NCBI GenBank assembly: GCA_038890745.1
Contig: JAWAFD010000003.1
Location: 77,375-141,374, forward strand
Reading direction: 5' to 3'
Origin: Candidatus Anstonellales archaeon
GTDB taxonomy: Archaea; Micrarchaeota; Micrarchaeia; Anstonellales; J096
Length of the DNA stretch: 64,000 nucleotides
A program made the position numbers and the translations under genes. Below, piece after piece: positions 47,339 through 55,945 of the stretch; the stretch's first letter is position 1; each line of letters begins with the position of its first letter. The notes beneath the pieces are model-generated. The model saw only the letters and a list, made by a program, of their open reading frames with translations. It searched no databases and was not told where the DNA came from.

Positions 47339-50300
47339 ATGCCTGTAACCAAGATAAAGAAGAGAGATGGAAGGGTTGTTCCTTTTGACAAGGAAAAGAT
47401 TACTAATGCTATATGGAAGGCGGCGCAAGCGGTTGGAGGGAAGGACAGAAATGAAGCGGAAAGGCTTGCAGATCTCGTTACAAAAATAATAAACGAGAAG
47501 TACAGCGATGAGAACATTCCAGGAGTAGAGGATATTCAGGATATTGTTGAAAAGGTGCTTATAGAAGAGGGGCATGCTAAAACGGCAAAGGCGTACATTC
47601 TCTACAGACATAGAAGAGCGGTTGAGAGAGAGCTTGCAAAGATAATGGGGGTACGGGATGATTTGAAGCTTCCCCTGAACTCGTTACAGGTTTTGCAGAG
47701 AAGATATCTTTTAAGGAATGAAAAGGGAGAGATAATAGAGACCCCAAGTCAGATGTTCAGAAGGGTTGCTGATTACATAGCCTCAGCGGAAAGAAACTAT
47801 GGAGGAGATGATCGTGTTGTAAAAGAGTACGCAGATGCTTTTTATGAAATAATGGTAAATTTTGAATTCATTCCAAACTCCCCCACTCTTATGAACGCGG
47901 GCACCCCTCTTGGACAGCTTTCAGCATGCTTTGTGCTCGGGGTGAAGGATGATCTAAACGATATTTTTGACGCTGTTAAATATACTGCACTCATACACAA
48001 AACAGGAGGAGGAACCGGTTTTGCGTTTTCATTCCTAAGGCCAAAGGGCGATAGGGTGAAGGCGACCTCGGGGGTTGCATCAGGCCCACTCAGTTTCATG
48101 AGGGTTTTTGATGTTGCGACAGATGTGATAAAACAGGGAGGAAAGAGAAGGGGAGCCAACATGGGAATTCTGCACGTTTGGCATCCGGATATAGAAGATT
48201 TCATCACAGCAAAGCAAACTCCTGGCGTATTAGAGAATTTTAACATAAGCGTTGCCGTAGATGATAAATTCATGAGGGCTGTTGAGGAGGATGGAGAGTA
48301 CGAATTGATAAACCCAAGAACAGGAGAGGTTGTAAGAAAGGTTAAGGCAAAAAGTCTTTTTGAATTGATTACATACTCTGCATGGAAGAGCGCAGAGCCC
48401 GGGGTGCTGTTTATAGATACTATAAATAGGACCAATCCGACTCCGCACTACCCAATAAATTCTACGAACCCTTGCGTAGCCGGAGATGTACTTATAACAA
48501 CCGACGAAGGGCTTGTAAGAATGGATGCGGTCCACAACCCACATGGTGTTTTAACGAAGGATGGAGAGTATCGTAAGATAAGATGGGCTGGAAGAACAGG
48601 GTATAAGGATGTTTATTCTGTTGAAACTGCTGGTGGGTATGCCGTAAAGGTTACTGGAGATCACAGAATCCTGACCTCAAAAGGGTGGAAAAAAGCAAAA
48701 GAACTCAGAAAGGACGACTTTTTAGTTTTGCAGAAAGCTGGAAAATTCGGAAAGCTTAAAATGGATAGGGAGATGGCAATGGTGCTTGGATGGCTTACCG
48801 GGGATGGCACGATAACCAATGACGATAGGTGTATTTTATACTTTAATAAAAAAGAAAAAAAAGGAATGTTGAATATTCTGAAAAAATATTTGGATGGGCT
48901 GAACGGAAATTCAGTAAAACCAAAACAGTACAACAACACAATAAGAATAAAATACTCAAAGAAGATTGTGAAGATGCTTGAAAAATTTGGGGCGAAAAAG
49001 GCGAGGGCTGAAGAAAAGGAAGTTCCTGAGAGTATCTTAGTGGCGGATAAAGAAGCAGTAAAACATTTTGTTTCAGCGCTTTTCTCTTGTGATGGGTCTG
49101 TTCAGGGAAACAGGAGAAAAGGGGTAAGCATAAGATTAGCATCAAGCTCTGAGAAACTCCTTAGGCAGGTGCAGCTTTTGCTTCTCCAGTTTGGAATACT
49201 CTCTAAGATATACCTAAAAAGAAGAAAGGCGGGCAGGAAACTCATGCCATCCTCAAACAGGAAAAAGCAAAAAATTTACAATTACAGGGAGCAGCATGAA
49301 CTTATCATAAGCAGGAGAAGTATGTTTACATTTATGAAAGAGATAGGATTCTGCACAGAAGAAAAAAACAAAAAATTTGAAAAACTAAAACCAAAAAACA
49401 TATACGAGGATTCTGCCGAACTTTCGAGGGTGAAAAGCGTTAAGTATGTTGGAAAAGAAGAGGTTTATGACTTGACTGAGCCAACAACACACTCCTTCTC
49501 AGCAAACGGAATAATAGTACATAATTGTGGCGAAGTTCCCATGCCAGATTATGAGTCCTGCAACCTCGGAAGCATAAACCTAGAAAAGTTTGTAGAGCTG
49601 GACTGGAGCAAAACAGACTGGAGAAAAAAAGTAAACTGGGAAAGGCTAAGATACGTTGTGAGGATAGCTACCCAGTTTTTGGACAATGTAATAGATTTGA
49701 ACAAATATCCGCTTCCTATAATTGAAGAGGCGACAAAAAGGCACAGAAGGATAGGGCTTGGCGTGATGGGTTTTGCAAATATGCTGTATAACATGGGGAT
49801 AAGGTACGGAAGCGAAGAGAGCTTTGAGGTTGCGGAAGAGGTAATGAGATTTATTACAGAAGAAGCGAGAAAAATGAGTGTTGAGCTTGGGAGGGCGCGC
49901 GGCTCTTTCCCGGAGTTCGATAAAAGCATATGGAAAGGAAAGTACGATGCGATGAGGAATGCAACCGTGACGAGCATTGCACCAACCGGAACGATAAGCA
50001 TGATAGCGAATACAAGCTCCGGAATAGAACCTGCATTTGCACTTGCGTATTTCAAGATAGTAATGGATGGAACAAGGCTTTACTATGGAAACAGCATATT
50101 CGAGCATGCATTAAAGGTAAGAGGACTTTATTCTGAAGAGTTGATGAAAAAAATAATAGATGAGGGAAGTGTCCAGAACACAGACCTTCCGCAGGATTTA
50201 AAGGATGTGTTTGTTACTGCGTATGATATCACGCCGGAGCAACATGTAAGAATGCAGGCAGCTTTCCAAAAATACACTGATCTGGCCGTGAGTAAAACAG

Positions 50301-50494
50301 TCAACATGCCGCCGGAAGCTACTGTTGAGGATGTAAAAAAGGCCTACATGCTTGCATGGAAAACCGGATGTAAAGGAATAACAATATACCGGGAGGGAAG
50401 CCGGGGGATTGCGGTAATAGAAAGAGTAAAGACAATAAAAAAACATGATGAAAACGGAGAAAATGGAAATGGTGATGGTAGGGTGGTAGAATGA
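47339..50494 (+). CDS. nrdJ: Class II (adenosylcobalamin) ribonucleotide reductase with ATP cone, interrupted by an intein
   Basis: KRDG ATP cone, PNSPTLMNAG, SACF, GGGTG, RRGANM, NP[C..HN]CGE, SCNLGS, IAPTGT, SKTVN. Confidence 0.95.
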   Translation: MPVTKIKKRDGRVVPFDKEKITNAIWKAAQAVGGKDRNEAERLADLVTKIINEKYSDENIPGVEDIQDIVEKVLIEEGHAKTAKAYILYRHRRAVERELAKIMGVRDDLKLPLNSLQVLQRRYLLRNEKGEIIETPSQMFRRVADYIASAERNYGGDDRVVKEYADAFYEIMVNFEFIPNSPTLMNAGTPLGQLSACFVLGVKDDLNDIFDAVKYTALIHKTGGGTGFAFSFLRPKGDRVKATSGVASGPLSFMRVFDVATDVIKQGGKRRGANMGILHVWHPDIEDFITAKQTPGVLENFNISVAVDDKFMRAVEEDGEYELINPRTGEVVRKVKAKSLFELITYSAWKSAEPGVLFIDTINRTNPTPHYPINSTNPCVAGDVLITTDEGLVRMDAVHNPHGVLTKDGEYRKIRWAGRTGYKDVYSVETAGGYAVKVTGDHRILTSKGWKKAKELRKDDFLVLQKAGKFGKLKMDREMAMVLGWLTGDGTITNDDRCILYFNKKEKKGMLNILKKYLDGLNGNSVKPKQYNNTIRIKYSKKIVKMLEKFGAKKARAEEKEVPESILVADKEAVKHFVSALFSCDGSVQGNRRKGVSIRLASSSEKLLRQVQLLLLQFGILSKIYLKRRKAGRKLMPSSNRKKQKIYNYREQHELIISRRSMFTFMKEIGFCTEEKNKKFEKLKPKNIYEDSAELSRVKSVKYVGKEEVYDLTEPTTHSFSANGIIVHNCGEVPMPDYESCNLGSINLEKFVELDWSKTDWRKKVNWERLRYVVRIATQFLDNVIDLNKYPLPIIEEATKRHRRIGLGVMGFANMLYNMGIRYGSEESFEVAEEVMRFITEEARKMSVELGRARGSFPEFDKSIWKGKYDAMRNATVTSIAPTGTISMIANTSSGIEPAFALAYFKIVMDGTRLYYGNSIFEHALKVRGLYSEELMKKIIDEGSVQNTDLPQDLKDVFVTAYDITPEQHVRMQAAFQKYTDLAVSKTVNMPPEATVEDVKKAYMLAWKTGCKGITIYREGSRGIAVIERVKTIKKHDENGENGNGDGRVVE
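48473..49525 (+). mobile_element. 351-aa intein with LAGLIDADG homing endonuclease at the NP/CGE site of NrdJ
   Basis: Starts CVAGD; block B VTGDHR; LGWLTGDG and SALFSCDG motifs; block F VYDL; ends IIVHN followed by Cys. Confidence 0.95.
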
Positions 50495-51594
50495 CAACTA
50501 TAAGTGTGATTAAAGCGGATGTAGGGGGATACCCAGGGCATAGCAAGGTGCATGAAGAGCTTAAAGAGGTTGCAAGAAAAGAGCTTGCAAAGGAAAAAGG
50601 AAAAACCCTGATCGATTTTTTTGTTGCAAGCTGCGGGGATGATTTGGAGCTAATAATGACGCATAAAAAAGGCGTGGACAGCAAAGAAGTGCATGGCCTT
50701 GCTTGGAATGTTTTTGAGAAAGCAACAGAAAAAGCAAAGGAGCTTAAGTTGTATGGGGCTGGGCAGGATCTGCTCGCTGATGCATTTTCTGGAAACATAC
50801 GTGGGGCTGGCCCGGGTGTCGCGGAGCTTGATTTTGAAGAAAGAAAAAGCGAACCGGTGATTGTTTTCATGGCAGACAAAACAGACCCTGGTGCGTTCAA
50901 CCTTCCGATCTACAAAATATTCGCAGACCCATTCAACACAGCAGGGCTTGTTATAGACCCTAACATGCATGACGGGTTCAGGTTTGAGGTGTGGGATGTT
51001 TACGAAAGCAGGAAGGTTTTTTTTAATACACCAGAGGAAACATACGATATGCTTGCACTCATAGGCGGAAGGAGCAGATATATAATAAAGAGGGTGTATC
51101 CGAGAAAAGGGAATAAGGTTCCGGAAAACGAGGCAGTTGCTGCAGTAAGCACTGAAAAAATAAACCTTATCGCAGGCGAGTATGTTGGAAAGGATGACCC
51201 GGTTGCAATTGTGAGGGCACAATCAGGCCTGCCGGCCGTTGGAGAGATTTTGGAAGCGTTTGCTTTTCCCGAGCTTGTAAGCGGGTGGATGAGGGGAAGC
51301 CATTGCGGTCCGATTATGCCCGTCGGAATGGAGGACGCAACACCGACAAGATTTGATGGGCCACCAAGAATAGTCGCTCTTGGTTTTCAGATTGCAAACG
51401 GAAAGCTTGTTGGACCTGTGGATATGTTCAAGGACAAGGCGTATGATGAAACAAGAAGGAAGGCTCAGAAGATTGCAGAGTACATGAGAAGGCATGGGCC
51501 TTTTGAACCACACAGATTACCCGCCGAGGATATGGAATACACGACCCTGCCAAAAGTGCTCAAAAAACTTGAAGGAAGATTCCAAAAAATATAA
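50491..51594 (+). CDS. fbp: Bifunctional fructose-1,6-bisphosphate aldolase/phosphatase
   Basis: IKADVGG, GDD, YGAGQDLL, DKT, YVGKDDP, GWMRGSH, FDGPPR, MEYT. Confidence 0.96.
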   Translation: MTTISVIKADVGGYPGHSKVHEELKEVARKELAKEKGKTLIDFFVASCGDDLELIMTHKKGVDSKEVHGLAWNVFEKATEKAKELKLYGAGQDLLADAFSGNIRGAGPGVAELDFEERKSEPVIVFMADKTDPGAFNLPIYKIFADPFNTAGLVIDPNMHDGFRFEVWDVYESRKVFFNTPEETYDMLALIGGRSRYIIKRVYPRKGNKVPENEAVAAVSTEKINLIAGEYVGKDDPVAIVRAQSGLPAVGEILEAFAFPELVSGWMRGSHCGPIMPVGMEDATPTRFDGPPRIVALGFQIANGKLVGPVDMFKDKAYDETRRKAQKIAEYMRRHGPFEPHRLPAEDMEYTTLPKVLKKLEGRFQKI

Positions 51595-51639
51595 GATTTA
51601 AAAACATTACTAGTATAAATGAAATGCAAGTGACTGGGG

Positions 51640-52704
51640 ATGTTGAGAAGACTCCGTCCAGATTTAGGTATAACAAATTTGGATGGGTCCTCAACCGCTT
51701 TTTTTTCTCGTAATCCGCTGAATGAAGAAATGGGTGTATCTCCACTAACAAATAAATTACAATTGATTGTCTTTAGAGAGATAAAAACACCTCCAAAGAT
51801 ATTTATCTTTGACCATAACAATACGCTAACAAATGATAAGCCTTTTCAGTTTGAATACTGGTCAACCATCGTACGGTACGGAAAGACTTTGTTCTCATCG
51901 CACGATGAAAAAAAATTAAAAATAAGCATAAAAAAATATGGAACGAAAGAATGTCTATCAAGCGAATACAACGGATTTTTTCCAGAGGATGCCTCTGTTT
52001 GTAATTTTGAGGTTGACTTAGATGGAAAGCCGGTTATTCATGAAATAAGATTTCCAAACGGAACAGTTATATGCGATAAAGATGTGATAAATGAATATAT
52101 CGCAAGAAGGTCGCCGCCAGTTCCGTTTTTAGGAAAATTTGACCAAACAGGAATTTTTTGGCTTTTAGCGAGGAGAGGCGTGGAGGAAAAGGTTTTTAGA
52201 AAAATCAGCGAAGCAGCGTACAGGGAAACAATTGCGAATAAGGAATTGATCGAACCTGGTTTTAACAGCCTTCTTGGTGATTTCTTTGAGAGGTTTAATC
52301 ACAAAAAAAGCTTTATGGTAGTTGCCACTGATAATTCAATAAACATATGCTCCGCAGCATTGGAAAGAATAGGAATTGCTAATGAAATAAAAGACATATA
52401 TGCCAGGGCAGACAAAATCCACAACTATCCAAACATCATCAGACACCTGATAGATAAATACCATGTGGAGCCGATGGAGATCGTTGTTTTCGGTGATAGT
52501 TATTGGAGTGATATCTATCCTATCCTAAATTCAGAATTCAGTGAAACAATCACCGTGCATATAACGGGTGGAAAAAACTATGTTGAAACATACAGTAAAC
52601 ATGGACCTCCGTCACTATCTGCATACACACCAGACACTGTGTTTAAATACCTACTAGAAGCCATACCTGAAAGAAAAGGAAAAACATTCATTCTACAAAT
52701 ATAG
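51640..52704 (+). CDS. HAD-like protein with a degenerate motif I (DxN) and a large cap
   Basis: IFDHNNTL, VVATDN, K, VFGDSYWSDI; start uncertain. Confidence 0.6.
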   Translation: MLRRLRPDLGITNLDGSSTAFFSRNPLNEEMGVSPLTNKLQLIVFREIKTPPKIFIFDHNNTLTNDKPFQFEYWSTIVRYGKTLFSSHDEKKLKISIKKYGTKECLSSEYNGFFPEDASVCNFEVDLDGKPVIHEIRFPNGTVICDKDVINEYIARRSPPVPFLGKFDQTGIFWLLARRGVEEKVFRKISEAAYRETIANKELIEPGFNSLLGDFFERFNHKKSFMVVATDNSINICSAALERIGIANEIKDIYARADKIHNYPNIIRHLIDKYHVEPMEIVVFGDSYWSDIYPILNSEFSETITVHITGGKNYVETYSKHGPPSLSAYTPDTVFKYLLEAIPERKGKTFILQI

Positions 52705-52906
52705 AAATAACCTTAATTTTTGTTCCACCTTTTCTGATCACAAGGTTGGCGTTGAGGAGAGATTTAGCCATAGTAACGAGTTCCTTCTCGTCTATTGGAT
52801 AGTTTTGAGGGATGGAGATCTCTACTTCAGTGATTTTTTCCTGCTCGTACTTTTTTAGAATTTCCATTATCTTCATAAGAATAGAAAGCTCGTGGCTGTA
52901 ATCCAT
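52688..52906 (-). CDS. Small HypA-like protein lacking the zinc-finger domain
   Basis: HELSI..IME N-terminus and GG..IKVISIFVE C-terminus resemble HypA termini; no Cys. Confidence 0.5.
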   Translation of the reverse strand: MDYSHELSILMKIMEILKKYEQEKITEVEISIPQNYPIDEKELVTMAKSLLNANLVIRKGGTKIKVISIFVE

Positions 52907-52973
52907 GGCAATCAACGAAGCTTTTCACACAAACACATAAAAAGGTTTCGGTTTAGAATAATAACACATTGGA

Positions 52974-53087
52974 ACAAACCAATTGGTTTGTGGTTGCCTG
53001 GAAACAGGTCCTATCTCTTAACTTCCTTCGGGAAGTTCTGAGAGATTTATCTTTCCTTCGGGAAAGATAAAGCGAACCAATTGGGTT
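52974..53087 (+). ncRNA. Candidate structured four-way-junction RNA (or MITE-like element)
   Basis: 13-bp closing helix, a GAAA-loop hairpin and two cUUCGg-loop hairpins. Confidence 0.6.
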
Positions 53088-53965
53088 TAAACAACGATAC
53101 TACCTCCTTTTCCATTAAAAGCTTCATTAAAATTTTCAAAAGAACATATCACACTTTTTCTCCCTATTTTTGAGCTTGAAAAATCTATTGCCGATTCTAT
53201 TTTCGGCGCCATATTTCCCTCTCCAAATTCCCCTCTTTTCAGAAGGCTTTCTGCCTCTTTCCATGTTATTTTTGTGATTGGGTTTTGATTGGGTTTTCCA
53301 AAATTCACATAAGCATATGGAACATCCGTGACCATCAAGAGCATGTTGGCGTTTATTTTTTTAGCGAGAACCGCGCTTGCCCTGTCCTTATCAATCACTC
53401 CTTCTACGGCCACCATGCCATTGTTTTTCCGTACGACTGGTATTCCCCCACCACCGCATGCCACAACAAGAAAGCCACGCTCTAGCAAGAAAATAATCTC
53501 ATCCTTCTCAACAATATCCAACGGAATTGGGGAGGGAACGAATTTCCTCCATCCCTTTCCCGTCTCATACATCAGATCCTTGCTTACTTTTCTCCTGTAC
53601 ACTGGGCCAATGGGCTTTGTTCTTTTACTGCTGCGGGGGTCATTCTTATCTATTAAAACATGCGTTATCACAGCAACCGCCTTTTTCCCCTTCTTATTAA
53701 GAGCAGAAATTATCCAATGCCCTATTTGGCCCTGGGTCATAGCATTCAAAACCGGGAGAGACATTTTTATCTTGCTGTTCTTTTGTTGAAGCAGAAGGGC
53801 ACCGACCTGCGGGCCGTTTCCATGCGTTATCACAACCTCATTTCCGTTTATTATGGGTAGAATTTTGGAAATCGCTTCCTCAACATTCTTCCTTTGTTCA
53901 TTCTCCGTTCCCTCTTCACCTTTTTTTATAAGAGCATTCCCACCCAAAGCAATTATGACCCTCAT
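53087..53965 (-). CDS. arcC: Carbamate kinase
   Basis: ALGGNA, THGNGPQVG, TKPIGP, VPSP, GGGGIPV, VIDKD, M.PK. Confidence 0.95.
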   Translation of the reverse strand: MRVIIALGGNALIKKGEEGTENEQRKNVEEAISKILPIINGNEVVITHGNGPQVGALLLQQKNSKIKMSLPVLNAMTQGQIGHWIISALNKKGKKAVAVITHVLIDKNDPRSSKRTKPIGPVYRRKVSKDLMYETGKGWRKFVPSPIPLDIVEKDEIIFLLERGFLVVACGGGGIPVVRKNNGMVAVEGVIDKDRASAVLAKKINANMLLMVTDVPYAYVNFGKPNQNPITKITWKEAESLLKRGEFGEGNMAPKIESAIDFSSSKIGRKSVICSFENFNEAFNGKGGSIVV

Positions 53966-53999
53966 AGAAAGTAAAGAAAGAAAAACAATAAAAGCTATG

Positions 54000-55730
54000 C
54001 TACTGTCTTTTCAGTTGTTTGTTTTGGTTGGTGGTTTCTGCTTTTTTTCTTTTTCTTATAAATCCATCATACTTTTCTCTAAGGTCAAAGCCATCCTTCA
54101 TTAACTTCATACCCGCTGGCAGAATGGCAAGTCCGAATGGAGCAACAAACGGTGCGAATGCAATACCCAACCCGAATATTGTTAATCCTGCAACCTCCAT
54201 CCCAATTCCGCTCCAAAACCTAATTTTGTTCTTGATGATTTTTGTTTCACTAACAGATTCGATCATGTTTTTTGCAAAGTAAAATGTTAAGGCATCGAGC
54301 CTGGTTTTCAGACTCTCAAAATCTCCATCATTGAACTTATGCGTATGCGCATTAAGTTCCTTAAGTTTTTTGTATTTCTGTTCGGATGGCATGCTCGATT
54401 GTTCTATTTTTTTCATAATTTTTTCACTCAGCAAAAGATACGCGCCGTATGCGTTTTTGAACTCCTCGCGTAAGGTAGAGTAGGTTTTGTTTTGCGTCTT
54501 TTCAAACAGCAATTCCATGTCTTTAATCAGTAGGATGCCTTCATCAATCTCATTGCATTTTTTAGCCTCTTCAGCTAAAGATAAGCATTTCTTTCTGGTG
54601 ATTTCAACATCTGCAGCATGCGCAACACCATCAATACATTTTTCGATCATTTGCTCAACCTTTGCCCAGGGAAGCCGCCAAGATATTTCTCCACGAAGGA
54701 CAATTCCAACAGCTTTGTTTACAGATTCTTCATCATACCCTCGCGCAATAACCATTTCTCTTACGTATTCCAAAAACTTAGCCCGGGCAACATCTCCTTC
54801 CACAGTTGCGCAGAGATGGCCGCCTTTTTTTATGACCGAAACAAAGGAATAGGGTCTGTAGAATTTTGATTCTAGTCTTGCTATCATATTCTCGCCCTGG
54901 GTCCTTTCACTATCACAAAGCGTATCTTTTATTTTTTCAAAGAGGTTTTTCAATTTCTCAAAAATGTGTGCATGCATCTTTACTTCCTCATCTGTAAATG
55001 GTGCTTCAGCCGGCGTACCATCAAAACATATAGGCTCCATGGCTGCTTTTATGAGGTAATAATCCAAAAGCTCTTGCGGAATTTTTTTTATGTTTTCATG
55101 GATTGTTTCGTTTATTTTTTTTATCTTGTCCGAATTTCTGCCAGCGATTCTAACAATGTCCTCTATATGCTCCTCAATATTTGTAAACAATTTGGATGCG
55201 ATGTCCCTTGCTTGCTCGCTCCCAACACCGCGTTTTATGAGCTCGCATTCAATATCATAAATAATAAAATTTTTGTTTACCACAGACTTCTCTTTATCTA
55301 CAGCTATGTATTCATGATTCTCTATTCGATTCCTCAATGGCTTTGTGTAAGGAAAAACATAATCACTCACCTTATCCTCGTCAGCGTCCTTTTCTATTTT
55401 TTCCAAAAGTTCAAGGCACTCGGAGATTCTTCCATGCTGATACAATTTTTCTATGTTCACTATCCGCTTTCCATACGCCAAAAGCTGTCTTTCAACATCA
55501 TACTCGGGATTATCTTTATTGCTTACGAATTCGTTCCAACGATCGATTATATACTGCTCTAGATTTCTTATCTCTGGTGGTAGGGCTAGGTTTTTTTTCT
55601 TAAGGTACGCTATGGTTTGAGATATATCCTCTCCAACGAATCTCTTTACGAGTTCATACTCCCGGTTCGTCGGCTGAAGTGTAAGCAAAAATTGGAATAT
55701 CTGCTCGCTTGTTTCAAGCTTTCTTTGCAT
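54000..55730 (-). CDS. Hypothetical helical protein with a C-terminal Gly-rich hydrophobic hairpin
   Basis: 576-aa ORF; C-terminal GIGMEVAGLTIFGLGIAFAPFVAPFGLAILPAG. Confidence 0.65.
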   Translation of the reverse strand: MQRKLETSEQIFQFLLTLQPTNREYELVKRFVGEDISQTIAYLKKKNLALPPEIRNLEQYIIDRWNEFVSNKDNPEYDVERQLLAYGKRIVNIEKLYQHGRISECLELLEKIEKDADEDKVSDYVFPYTKPLRNRIENHEYIAVDKEKSVVNKNFIIYDIECELIKRGVGSEQARDIASKLFTNIEEHIEDIVRIAGRNSDKIKKINETIHENIKKIPQELLDYYLIKAAMEPICFDGTPAEAPFTDEEVKMHAHIFEKLKNLFEKIKDTLCDSERTQGENMIARLESKFYRPYSFVSVIKKGGHLCATVEGDVARAKFLEYVREMVIARGYDEESVNKAVGIVLRGEISWRLPWAKVEQMIEKCIDGVAHAADVEITRKKCLSLAEEAKKCNEIDEGILLIKDMELLFEKTQNKTYSTLREEFKNAYGAYLLLSEKIMKKIEQSSMPSEQKYKKLKELNAHTHKFNDGDFESLKTRLDALTFYFAKNMIESVSETKIIKNKIRFWSGIGMEVAGLTIFGLGIAFAPFVAPFGLAILPAGMKLMKDGFDLREKYDGFIRKRKKAETTNQNKQLKRQ

Positions 55731-55821
55731 GGTTATAATTTATGAATAATAATGTTTTTAAATGTTTATTTTTTAGATAGGGCAGTTTTAAAAGAATTAT
55801 TAAAAATAAAATAGCATTCTA

Positions 55822-55939
55822 GGGGCCGTGAGGTAACCTGGTATCCTGCGGGCTTCGGGAGCCCGTTATCTGTGTTCGAACCTTTTTTGGGTTGCCCAAA
55901 AAGGTTTCATCCAAAAAGGCGGGAATCACAGCGGCCCCA
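55822..55939 (+). tRNA. tRNA-Pro(CGG) with a 45-nt non-canonical T-loop intron (55881..55925, position 59/60)
   Basis: GGGGCCG/CGGCCCC acceptor stem; CGGGC-TT-CGG-GA-GCCCG anticodon arm; CTGTG-TTCGAA|T-CACAG; BHB with bulges AAC and AAT. Confidence 0.92.
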
Positions 55940-55945
55940 TTTCTA

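Noticed and set aside
53038..53077. Hammerhead ribozyme core (CTGAGAG...GCGAAC)
   Set aside because: It does not fit the CUGANGA/GAAA consensus or the required stem arrangement.
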